Positions 50,061 through 60,140 of a stretch of 64,000 nt of DNA are shown here, in pieces. The DNA lies in the NCBI RefSeq assembly GCF_000281045.1, contig NW_008246089.1:268737-332736 (forward strand). The letters are read 5' to 3'. The position numbers were made by a program, and so were the translations under genes. The notes beneath the pieces were generated by a model, which saw only the letters and a program-made list of their open reading frames with translations, was not told where the DNA came from and did no database searches. Each line of letters begins with the position of its first letter. The first letter of the stretch is position 1. The stretch comes from Saprolegnia diclina VS20 (lineage: Eukaryota).

Positions 50061-53000
50061 CTACCGTGAGAGGCCGACGGGTGGCTGTTGCTTGGGCACA
50101 AAGGCGGGTGACTCGAGCTTCAGGCTCGACTCGACACCCGACGGCACAAACACCGGCGCGCTCGCGTTTGGCACTTTGGTGGGCTTTGGAGCGTCGGGTT
50201 TCGGCGCCTTCTTTCGGCGCGAACACTTGTGTTTCTATGCCATCGCTGAGTCTTTTGTATCAAGTTGATATGTCAATACCTTTTTGTTTTGCTCACACGT
50301 CGCTCGGTTTTCGTCCAAGAGGTGACTAGACACAGTACGCGCTATAGACCACTGGACAACGTATGTCCAAATTATACCTCTGCACATACACCTTGGGGTT
50401 GAACGGGTGGTCGTCGGAAATGATAAAGTCGGCTGGGTATTGCTCCAGGAACTTTTTGAGCCCGCCAAACTGCTCCTTGAGGGCCACCGAGAGCGTCGAG
50501 TTGGCGGTGGCGTCCTGGAGACACTTGCCGATCTCACCGATCGGGAGCGGACCCTTCTCGTTGAGAATCGCCACGGTCTTGGTGAAGACAGCGTGCGGCG
50601 TCACGTGCCCCTGGAGCAAAAAGTCGCACATGAGCACATGGCATCTACACAAGGTGCGTCACGTGAGGGTCACGGACGACGCCGTCTCGAGTTGTACCGC
50701 AGCGCATCTTCGTCACCGCAGAGCGGATCGATGCTTTCTTCCGCCTCGGGTGTCGTCGTCGTCGCTGGGGCACCGAGCCCGAGCGACGCAAGACTCATCA
50801 TGACGTCGTTCGAGATGGCGCTGTCGGTCGTCTCCAAGTTGGTCGCGGCGCTGTCGGGTCGCCACCCGCACTGGAACCGCTTCCAAATGTTGGGAAAACA
50901 CGTATCGAGGAGCGACACACTATGACAGATCACGGCGATGAGTCGTTCGACAGGACACCAATCGATGACGAGACCTCGAGCTGGACCCGAGCGACGTCGA
51001 AATCGACGAGCTCATTTCTTTCTTAAGCGCCAGGAGCACTTGGTGCATCTTGCTGGCGCCTTGGTCGAACGCCGTGCGGATTGTCGCGGCTCTATATCCA
51101 TTCCGTCAGCTCGATCCGATCGAAATATCGCTTATAGACTGTACTCTTTCGCCGTGACGTTGCCACCGAGGTTCGAAGCGGGGTCCAGTGGGTCCATGAC
51201 GTTGAAATATTTGACCTACAGACACGACCATGAGAAAATGTCATGGTTCGCCGCTCGGTGGACCTCGAACTGCAGCATCTTGTTATGCATCTCCGCCTCG
51301 TACTCCTCGGGCGCGTCCGTGGCGAGGTGGCAGGACCGAAACTCTTGCAGCGTCGCGGGCTGCAAGAGCAAATCCCGGGCGTGGCACGGCGGCTTCGGCG
51401 CCTTCAAGATGCATCCGAGGTCGCGCGGCCCATCGATCGAGACGCAAAAGTCGTCCCACGGAAACGAGCTGTACGTGCCAAAGAAGCGCCCTACGGCCTG
51501 GAGCGGGTGGTGCAGCGACGTGTGGAAGAGGTTGAAGACGTAGAGCATGAGCACGGCGACCGTATGCGTCGAGAGCAGCGCCGAGAGCTTATAGTCGGTG
51601 ATTGAGACGTTCGTACCGCTCTCGTAGACCAGCCAGCCTTGCGCGAGGAGGACACTGCGCTTGAAGAGGTGGTTCTTGCCAATGAGACGGTCCATGGCCT
51701 CGAGGAAACACGCATTGCGCACGTCGTGGACGGCGCCATAGTCGATGAGCACCGAGACCTTCCCGACACAGCACCGGAGCTTGGGCGCACTCGCGTCGTG
51801 AACCAGCTCGACGTTGCGAATCATGAGGTCGTCCGCACACGGCGCACTCGACGACGCGACGCAAAGCGCTTCGTTGAGCTTCATGTACCATAGCGGCTTG
51901 TCGCTTGGCGTCGTAGCGTGCTGTGGCGGCAAGAAGACGCTCATCTTGAGCTGGCAGTCGGGCAGAAACATGCGCGCGGCCGAGACGCCCGACACAAACG
52001 CTTGGGCGCCCAGGACGCGCTTGACCATGCACGCGACGACGTTGCATGCCTTGAGCCGGTGGCAGACCGCGCTGGGCGTCGGTGCCAACATCGACACGAT
52101 GCGTCCGAGCCGCATGTCGACGGCGCACGGCAGCGTGTTGGACGGTACCCACGCGCACGCTGCGGTGGCCGCGCACGCCGCCATCGACGTTGACGGCCCG
52201 TGCATCGAGTGCCGCGACGCCGAGAAGAGCCCATTGGTCGTGTTTTCCCAGACGGCGCAAGACGAGTACGTGTCGCCGCTGGACGGCAGCAGCAGCGAAG
52301 GAAACGCATTCGACTCGAACGCGCTAAACGACTTGGTCGCGGTCGCAGGCTTGGAGCTTGATAAGGTATGGATCAGCGTCGACTGCCGGCCGACAGTCGC
52401 CTCGAGCTGCTTGAGCTGACCAGTGAGCTTGGCGATCGTCGTCGCGTTCATCTCGAGTCGGTCGTGAAGGGGTTTGGCGTGCGTCAAGAGCGCGAGGTAC
52501 CCGAGACCATTGTCAAAGAAGGCCGTAAAGTCAGCGTGCGCATAGGGCCCCGGCGCCCGCACGACGCGCTGCAAGATGCCGTTGAGCTCCGCAAAGACGT
52601 CGACGAGCCGAGTGTGTTCAAGGTGGACGCCTGCGAACGGCGGCAGGTCCATGCACTCACGCGCCTAGTGGGATAGCTTCAGAGATTGCTCTTGCTCGAG
52701 CAGATAAGTCTCTACCTTGGCGTACATGCGGGCAAACTGGCCAATGCAGCGCTGGACGGTCCAAGTTGTGTCCCGGAGCGAAATGCGGAGGCCAAACGTG
52801 AGCTGTGGAATGTCGTCTCGCATTGCTTCGTCACTTGCGGACGGTGGCTGCAGCACGACGGTGATGTCGCGTGCGAGTTCCTTGGCCACGTCCATCTCGA
52901 GCAGCTGCTGCGCAAGGACGGCCTTGGTAGGCATCGGACACGCAACCTCGGTGGGCGACGCGCGGAGGCTATACCAGCCATCGCCAATCTCCGAGACGAG

Positions 53001-53420
53001 CTGCGCGCGCACGAGATGCGTGAGTAGGACTGGCGGCGGCGACCGCTTGACCGCCATCGACACGGGGAGCGCGTGCATGTACTGGAGAACCCACGCAACG
53101 AACGCATCGCGCTGAAAGCAGAGCGCATGGCCAGCGCGGTCTAAGAGAGCCATGGACGGCGGCCGTAAGCCATGGCTAGGCGTCGTTGCCGGCAAGAGGT
53201 GGTCGACAAACAGTTTGAGGTCGGGTTGCGACGGCGCGTCGTCGGTGTCGCCGATCGAGAGGCCGGGCGGGCCGGCGGAAAGCGTGCGCGGCTGCAGAAA
53301 GGGCGGCGGCGCGGACGAGGACGAGGCTGCGCGGGGCTTGGCCTTGGAGCGCATCTTGTCGCGCTCGGCGAGGAGCCGGCGGCGCTGCGCCTCGAGCGCG
53401 GACGTCGCTGTCGAGGCCAT
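50061..53420 (-). CDS. PX-like + non-canonical poly(A) polymerase-like (PAP/OAS1-type) + winged-helix + 2x PAM2 protein, multi-exon
   Basis: DRLIGKNHLFKRSVLLAQGWLVYES, FFGTYSSFPWDDFCVSIDG and FNVMDPLDPASNLG. Intron 52665-52715 joins the 5' ORF; the last exon ends at TAG 50061. Confidence 0.8.
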
Positions 53421-53768
53421 GCGACGGGTTTTTTATACTACGAGCCTCAGCCGTGATTGGTCAAAAACCGAGAAATCTGAATTGCTGCGAATTCCGAAGT
53501 CCGAAGGCGACTTCAGCAACAGCCGCAGTGTCCCAAATATCGCTGTGATGAGTTTATGAACGGCGTCGTGATTAGTTTATTGACGGCGAATACGCTATCG
53601 ACCACAGGCAACGTGGCCTGGCCGCTCACAGAACTTGGTGGTGGTCAGCACAAAGCTACCGGTAGTACAACAGGTATCACCGTGTATGTCGGGCTCAACC
53701 GAAAATTATGCAAAAATTGGGTGGCACGGTACGCAGAGATTCCTTTTTAGTGCACCCCAACGTACCCC

Positions 53769-54183
53769 NNNNNNNNNNNNNNNNNNNNNNNNNNNNNNNN
53801 NNNNNNNNNNNNNNNNNNNNNNNNNNNNNNNNNNNNNNNNNNNNNNNNNNNNNNNNNNNNNNNNNNNNNNNNNNNNNNNNNNNNNNNNNNNNNNNNNNNN
53901 NNNNNNNNNNNNNNNNNNNNNNNNNNNNNNNNNNNNNNNNNNNNNNNNNNNNNNNNNNNNNNNNNNNNNNNNNNNNNNNNNNNNNNNNNNNNNNNNNNNN
54001 NNNNNNNNNNNNNNNNNNNNNNNNNNNNNNNNNNNNNNNNNNNNNNNNNNNNNNNNNNNNNNNNNNNNNNNNNNNNNNNNNNNNNNNNNNNNNNNNNNNN
54101 NNNNNNNNNNNNNNNNNNNNNNNNNNNNNNNNNNNNNNNNNNNNNNNNNNNNNNNNNNNNNNNNNNNNNNNNNNNNNNNNNNN
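53769..54183. other. Assembly gap (N run)
   Basis: Run of N. Confidence 1.
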
Positions 54184-54206
54184 CCCTACGCGAGGGTTTG
54201 AAATAG

Positions 54207-55343
54207 ATGGGGACGTTTCGCAACTCGTCGCCGATGCAGGCCACGGCGTGGAGCCAGCGCGTCCACGTGTGCGACCGCGTCTTGTATGTCGAGTGGTGGC
54301 AACGACCGCCGGCGTCGTGGTGGCCGACGCGCCGCCTCGTACCGTACGAGCTCCAACTACCTACGTCGCTGAGCCTTGGCCACGTCGTGCGCACGGCCGG
54401 CGCTATTGACACTGCGTCCAAGGCGCTACCACCCGACCACACGCTCTGCATTTCGCTGCTCGCAGACGCGCAGGCGCATCGGGCCAAGGCCATTTGCGTC
54501 ATTGGAGCGTGGCGCCTCCTCTTTCACAGCACGACGGCGGCCGTCGCCCACGCGCCCTTTGAACACTTGTACTTGCCACCCGACCCGTTTTCATCGTCCC
54601 CGACGTTTCCGCTGCACGCACTCGACTGGCTACAGGGCCTGGAGAAGGCGGCCAGTCTCGGCTTTGTCTCGGCCAATCTCGACGTCGACGAGATCGAGCG
54701 CTGCGCGAGCGGTGACCACGGGGCCATTACGTGGTCGTGCAAGAAACTCGCGGTCTTTCAGCCGTCGTCCTTGGCACTGAGCCCCTACATACCGTATTTT
54801 CAAAAGCACAATACGCGCGTCGTGATTGCGCTCGAGCGCCCGACGTGCGTTGATGTGGTCGGCGTCGAGTACCTCGACATGACGTGCGAAGGCGAGTCGT
54901 GGGACTCGCTCTTCAATCGGTTCCTTGAGGCGGTCGAGAGCAGTCACGGCACGGTCGCGGTTCACTGCAGCTCGGGCTTGCACCGGTCGCAGACATGCGT
55001 CGGCGGCTTCCTCATGCGAACCTACGGCTTCTCGGCGCGCCAAGCCATTGCGTGGATACGCCTCGTGCGCCCGGGCTCGCTCGCGCCATCGCACGTGCAC
55101 GCGCTCGAGGCGTGGGAGCGCGTCTGGTCGGGCAAGTCCCAACCCGAGATGGAGTCGGCGCTCACCGTGCACATTGGCTCCATGACGCTTGGCACGAGCC
55201 TCTTTGCCAAGGACGCGGGGAAAGCCAAGAAGCGACGCGACTCGATGAAGCCGCTCACACCGCTCGAAGGCTCCGAGTCGTTGGCACCGCGTCAAATCTT
55301 GCGCGTCGGGTCCACCCCGAATCGGTCCCGACTGCGCTTATGA
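54207..55343 (+). CDS. Divergent Cdc14-like dual-specificity phosphatase
   Basis: LDWLQGLEKA, AVHCSSGLHRS (CX5R) and AIAWIRLVRPGS. Confidence 0.82.
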   Translation: MGTFRNSSPMQATAWSQRVHVCDRVLYVEWWQRPPASWWPTRRLVPYELQLPTSLSLGHVVRTAGAIDTASKALPPDHTLCISLLADAQAHRAKAICVIGAWRLLFHSTTAAVAHAPFEHLYLPPDPFSSSPTFPLHALDWLQGLEKAASLGFVSANLDVDEIERCASGDHGAITWSCKKLAVFQPSSLALSPYIPYFQKHNTRVVIALERPTCVDVVGVEYLDMTCEGESWDSLFNRFLEAVESSHGTVAVHCSSGLHRSQTCVGGFLMRTYGFSARQAIAWIRLVRPGSLAPSHVHALEAWERVWSGKSQPEMESALTVHIGSMTLGTSLFAKDAGKAKKRRDSMKPLTPLEGSESLAPRQILRVGSTPNRSRLRL

Positions 55344-55552
55344 CCAGCCTCCACGTACACCACCTTAGCATGCCTGTCGCTTCCCTTAATGATAATACAG
55401 TCCCCGTACTACAAGCCATCGCATTTGTCTCTAGTCTACCAGTCGAAAGGACAGTCTGTCGACTCGTGCACCAACATCTGCAATCTTAGTCGATTGCACT
55501 TTTACGTTTAGTTGAAGCGACTCGCCTATTATTAGCGGGCGCCGACGGCAGC

Positions 55553-57269
55553 ATGGACCGACGCCCGGCCAAGTCGATGTTTGACGCCGGTGCGTTGGCC
55601 TCTACAAACAGTTGGGTGACGAAGGCGCGTAGGCATCTCGTCCAAGTTTTCCCGCCAGTACATTGGCGCTGTCTACGAAGACACGACGCTCAACGCGGCG
55701 ACCGCGGCGCGGCTCCGCGCCGAGCGCAAGCTCCAAGCGCAAGAGGACGCCATTGAGCGCCAGCGGCTCAAGATCGATCTCGAGGTGTCACCGTGATGAT
55801 GACGACGCATTCTCAACAAATCGTAGATTCAAAAGATTCAAAACGCGAAAAGGACCGTCCAGCGCAAAAAGCTGCGCGAGGCCAAGCGAGTCGAAGCGCG
55901 TTGCCACGGAGCAGCGGCTGTCCTGCAAGCCGCCGCGCGGGCCTTTCTACAGCGACTGCATACACGACAGACCGTGGCCGCGACGACCATCTCGAGCGTC
56001 TGGCGCATGCACGTGTCGATCGTCGCACGACATGTGCGGGCCCACGCGGCGGCCACGCTCACGCACGCACTCGTGCACCGGGTGCGGCATCGGCGACGGC
56101 ACCAGGCTGCGCACCGCCTCCAGACAGCATGGCGCCGCCACCGGGCTTCTCAGTGCGAATGGCTTGCGCACCAGGCGCACTGGCAGCAGCTGCATTCGGC
56201 AGCAACAACACTCCAGAGCGTGTACCGCATGCACGTCGTCCGCGAGACGTTCTTGGACGTCCTCGACGCTGTGATTCGGTTCCAAGCACTCTACCGCGGG
56301 CACGTCGCGCGTTGTGCGCTGCCACCCGCCGAGCCGCAAGTCGACGAGCCCGAATCGGTGTCGATGGCGCCGCTCCCGTCGCCGTGGACCCCTGCGCAAC
56401 GCGAGGTGCCGTCGACGATACCGGCGTTGACTGTCCTGCTCCCAACGAGCCCTATGAACAAAGTCGTACTGCCGAGCCTCCCAAAGCAATCCACCGCGCG
56501 GCTTGAGGTGCCCGAGGCGCGCGCCAACGTACCAATTAAGCAGCTGCGACAGCGCCGCAAGACAATTGCGGTCACGCTGAGCCCAATGCCGTACCAGACA
56601 GTGCTCGTCCAGCGCGCCGAGTCGGCGTCCGTCGCGCCCGACGAGGACGCGCACAAGCGCAACATGGCCCACGCGGCGCTGCGGCGAAAAGTACTTCTGC
56701 AGCAATGCCAAGAAAAGCAGCGGCAGATGGAAAAACGCTTGAAGCAGTCGCAGCTCGAGGTACGACGCCGATCACCTTTACTGCTGTGGGCACGCGCGCT
56801 TGTGTAGCGAGAAGCTCTCGAGCGCACCCTCATGCTGCGCGAAGAGCGGCGCAGCCGCGTTCTCGCCAAGACCGACGTCCGGCTTCGTGTCGCCGCAGCG
56901 CGACGGGCTGCCACCGCCGACCGCCACGTACCCTACCCCTCTCTACCAACCCCAACCCTAGCTTGCGCGTAGATCGTGGAGCGAGAGACCGCCGCCATGG
57001 AGAAGGAGGAGCGGCAGAGTCGACTCGCGTGGAAGTGGCTCATGCGTGCCAAGACCCTCTCGACGGCCGTCAAGCCGCGCGCCTCCAACCAAGTGGACGA
57101 GCCAAAGGTGGTTCGAAAACAGCGTCTGCCCAAGCAGCAGCCCAAACGCGCCAAACAAAAGCGCCAGCTGCACCAGGCCGAGCGAAACGAGTCGGACGCG
57201 CTCTGGGCCGACGACACCTTTGACGAGCTCGTCGACGAGACGGTGCTCAATGGCTTGCTCGTGCAATAA
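55553..57269 (+). CDS. IQ-motif (calmodulin-binding) / coiled-coil protein, multi-exon
   Basis: LQAAARAF, LQTAWRRH, LQSVYRMH and FQALYRGHVAR repeats. Confidence 0.75.
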
Positions 57270-57317
57270 CCGTCAACATGAGACTACAAAATCAGGGATC
57301 GAAGAATGATAATTTTC

Positions 57318-59666
57318 CTAGTGCTTGCGCTCAAAGAGGTAGATAAAGCCGGCGCCAAACGGCGGCGTGTCCGAGACGGCCACCTTGGCGTCGTTGAAAA
57401 AGACCCACTGCCCGTCCTTCTTGATGTGCGCCACGTAGTGCCCGCTGTGCGTGTTGGGGCCCATGTGACTCACAAACCCGAGGAGCTCGTACTCGTCGCA
57501 GTTGGTGCTCTCCATCGGGTTGCTCTGGGTGCTCTGAAACGATTGCACGTGCGTCTCGAGGTCGTCCATGTTACCAAAGAGCCACTCGGCCGCGCGGTCC
57601 GGGTCGTTCTTGGCGTGGTGCAGCGCACACGCTGCCTGCGCCGGCGTAAAGCCCATCGCGACGAGGTTCTCGGTCGACGGTGCGCTCGTCGACGAGGCCG
57701 CCTTGGGGGTCGGTGGGCTGTTGAAGTTGGCATCGTCCATGTGGGCAAAGATCCACTCCATCGCGGCTTCGGCCGACCCGTTATTCGTGGCGAGGGCCGC
57801 GCGCTTGCAGCCATTTTCCGAAAAGCCCATGGCCATGAGCTCGCTAACGAGGCGCATGTCGGGCTCGGGGCCGACGACACCCGCGTCTTCCGGCAGCAGC
57901 TCTTCGTTGTCCTGGAGACCTGTGCTGCGGTACGCGCCAAGGCGAATCGTCTGCGGCATTTGCACGCTCACGTCCATCTTCTTGGGCGACCAGTCGTCGG
58001 CGACATAGTACCGCTTCATCTGCACGAGGAGGTACTTGGGAAACGTCTTGAACCGAATGCACTTGGCGGCCTGTCCCTTCTTGCCGAGCGCGGGCGACAA
58101 GAACCCGTCAATGATCTCGGACGCAAACGTCATGTCGAGGCAGGCTGCGAATGGCACATCGGCCACGATCTGCTTTTGCGGCACCTCTTCGCTCTCAATG
58201 CTGGCGAGTCGCTGCCGCTTGTTCTCCTGGACCTCCGACTCGTTGACGGCGGCGTCGAGCGGGATCTGGAGCTGCAAGACATTGTCGTGGCGCGTGACGT
58301 ACTTGACCTTGCGCGACCCGAGGCACTCGAGGCGGTCTTCAAACGTGAAGTCAAAGAGCGACGACGTCGGGAGGCGCCCGAGCGGACCGGTGTCGAGCCG
58401 CGATGGCGCCGCCGTCTTTTCTTTTGCTGTGAGCAGCTCGAGCAAGTGTTGAATGTACTCCATCGCATCTTGCTGCCGGTTCGAGCTAAACTCGGCATGG
58501 TTCTCCCCGACGAGGCTGCGCAGCATGAGCGGGCGCAGCTCCTCCGAGATGTACCGGTCCGAGTAGATGCCACGGACGACCTTGGAGAGCTGCAATGGGA
58601 GGTCTTTGGCCGGCGAGGGCGGCACGGGCGTGTACACGGAGGGCGAGAGGTACCGTGCTTGCACGGCGGGAATCGCCACGAGCAGCTGCAGGACCGAGTT
58701 GACGTAGCAGCTGTTGCCGAGGTTCGTGAGCCCCATGAAGCCCTTGCCCGTGATCGGCACGAGCGTCTTGCCTTCCTCCATGATCGAGTCAAAGTCCCAG
58801 TTCTTGTTGAGCTCGACTTCGAGCTCGCTCATTGTCTTGTCCGTCTTGGTGAGCTCGTCGACGCGGATGCCAAAGTGACGCAAATGATCCGCGAGGTATG
58901 GGTCCATGACCATGTCGTCTTCTGGGTAGCTGTAAATGTCGCCGCCGCCCGACGCGGTGATCGTACCGAGCTTGACCGCCAGCGGGAAGACCTTGCCCGT
59001 CTCTTCGTAGTGGCGAAGCGCTTCGCCGCAGCCGCCCGTGCCGTCAAAGTTCTGCCGCCCGCAGCCCACAAAGCCGTCGGAGAGGTTCATCCACAAGTTC
59101 TCCTTCTTGTCGCATGTCTCGCTCGAGCAGACCCAATGCGCGGGGTTGGGCGACACGAGCTTGCAGTCGTCTTGCGGGAGTTGCACGAGCTCGAGCGCAT
59201 ACACGGACGTTTGCAGCTCGTGCTGCCAGCTCTTGACCTGCTCCTTGACGTAGTTGCCTTGGTGGTTGAGCACCGACTCGATCGAGTTGCGCACGCGCGC
59301 TGGCAGCTCCGGGTCCGAGAGCTGGTAGCCCGTCTTCTCGGCGCCGTTGAAGAGCACGGCCGTGTACGTTTTCTCGATTTCAATCTTGTCTTCCTGGAAG
59401 CCGCCTTCGACGCCGATCGCGAGCTTCGTCACCTCGCCTTGCGGCTGCTTGATGATGCCAATGCGCACGTACTTTTGATGCAAATACGTCTTCTGGCCGG
59501 TCTTGGCCGCGTCCTGCTCGACCCAGTCCTCGCCAAAGGACTCGAAGCTGCTGAGGTTCGTGTAGAGGCCGCCCGGCAGGAACGGCGTGTCGAACGAGAT
59601 CATGCACTCGTCCTTGTACACGGACGTGGCCTCGGTCGCGATCGCTGCAGGTCCAAACGCGTCCAT
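57318..59666 (-). CDS. UBP14: Ubiquitin-specific protease, USP5/USP13/UBP14 type (ZnF-UBP, two UBA domains), intronless
   Basis: GLTNLGNSCYVNS, QQDAMEY, HMGPNTHSGHYVAHI, FNDAKV; AVKLGTI in the ZnF-UBP; two MGF-type UBA domains. Confidence 0.95.
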   Translation of the reverse strand: MDAFGPAAIATEATSVYKDECMISFDTPFLPGGLYTNLSSFESFGEDWVEQDAAKTGQKTYLHQKYVRIGIIKQPQGEVTKLAIGVEGGFQEDKIEIEKTYTAVLFNGAEKTGYQLSDPELPARVRNSIESVLNHQGNYVKEQVKSWQHELQTSVYALELVQLPQDDCKLVSPNPAHWVCSSETCDKKENLWMNLSDGFVGCGRQNFDGTGGCGEALRHYEETGKVFPLAVKLGTITASGGGDIYSYPEDDMVMDPYLADHLRHFGIRVDELTKTDKTMSELEVELNKNWDFDSIMEEGKTLVPITGKGFMGLTNLGNSCYVNSVLQLLVAIPAVQARYLSPSVYTPVPPSPAKDLPLQLSKVVRGIYSDRYISEELRPLMLRSLVGENHAEFSSNRQQDAMEYIQHLLELLTAKEKTAAPSRLDTGPLGRLPTSSLFDFTFEDRLECLGSRKVKYVTRHDNVLQLQIPLDAAVNESEVQENKRQRLASIESEEVPQKQIVADVPFAACLDMTFASEIIDGFLSPALGKKGQAAKCIRFKTFPKYLLVQMKRYYVADDWSPKKMDVSVQMPQTIRLGAYRSTGLQDNEELLPEDAGVVGPEPDMRLVSELMAMGFSENGCKRAALATNNGSAEAAMEWIFAHMDDANFNSPPTPKAASSTSAPSTENLVAMGFTPAQAACALHHAKNDPDRAAEWLFGNMDDLETHVQSFQSTQSNPMESTNCDEYELLGFVSHMGPNTHSGHYVAHIKKDGQWVFFNDAKVAVSDTPPFGAGFIYLFERKH

Positions 59667-60140
59667 GCTGCTGCTCGTCGTCGTCAAATGAGCTTTTTCG
59701 AACCCCACTTTTCATCCGGATACGCTGCCACTTGCCCCGTCGCTATCCGCACCGTATCCGGCATCCGCGTGGCAACGTTCAACGCGTTTAAACAGCCGCC
59801 GTGGCATTCCAAACGTGCGCCAAAGTTCGCCACCGTGGTGCGACGCGATGGGTCCAATAGGTTATTCTGTCGGGAGGACAGGTTTTAATAGAATGGACGC
59901 GTTTTTATACAGCGACCAGCGCCATTGCCGCTGGCTCGCCTACCGTCGTCCGAAGAGATCACACTCTCGTACCAAGATGCTAGGGCCACAGCGGTGCTGC
60001 AGGCTCGTCGACGGCCATAGCGTCGTTGCCGGGGCGTCGAAGGAGCCCGTTGACGCCACGTGTCCGACTTCAACGACCAACACTCGCTCGCACGACCTGC
60101 ACTCACCTTGCCGCTTGTTCGCGATCTTGAAGGGTCTCGC

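Noticed and set aside
57306..59888. 860-aa plus-strand ORF (likewise 31857-33542, 37732-39231 and 48259-49455)
   Set aside because: Antisense shadows of real genes caused by strong GC3 codon bias; they carry no protein motifs.
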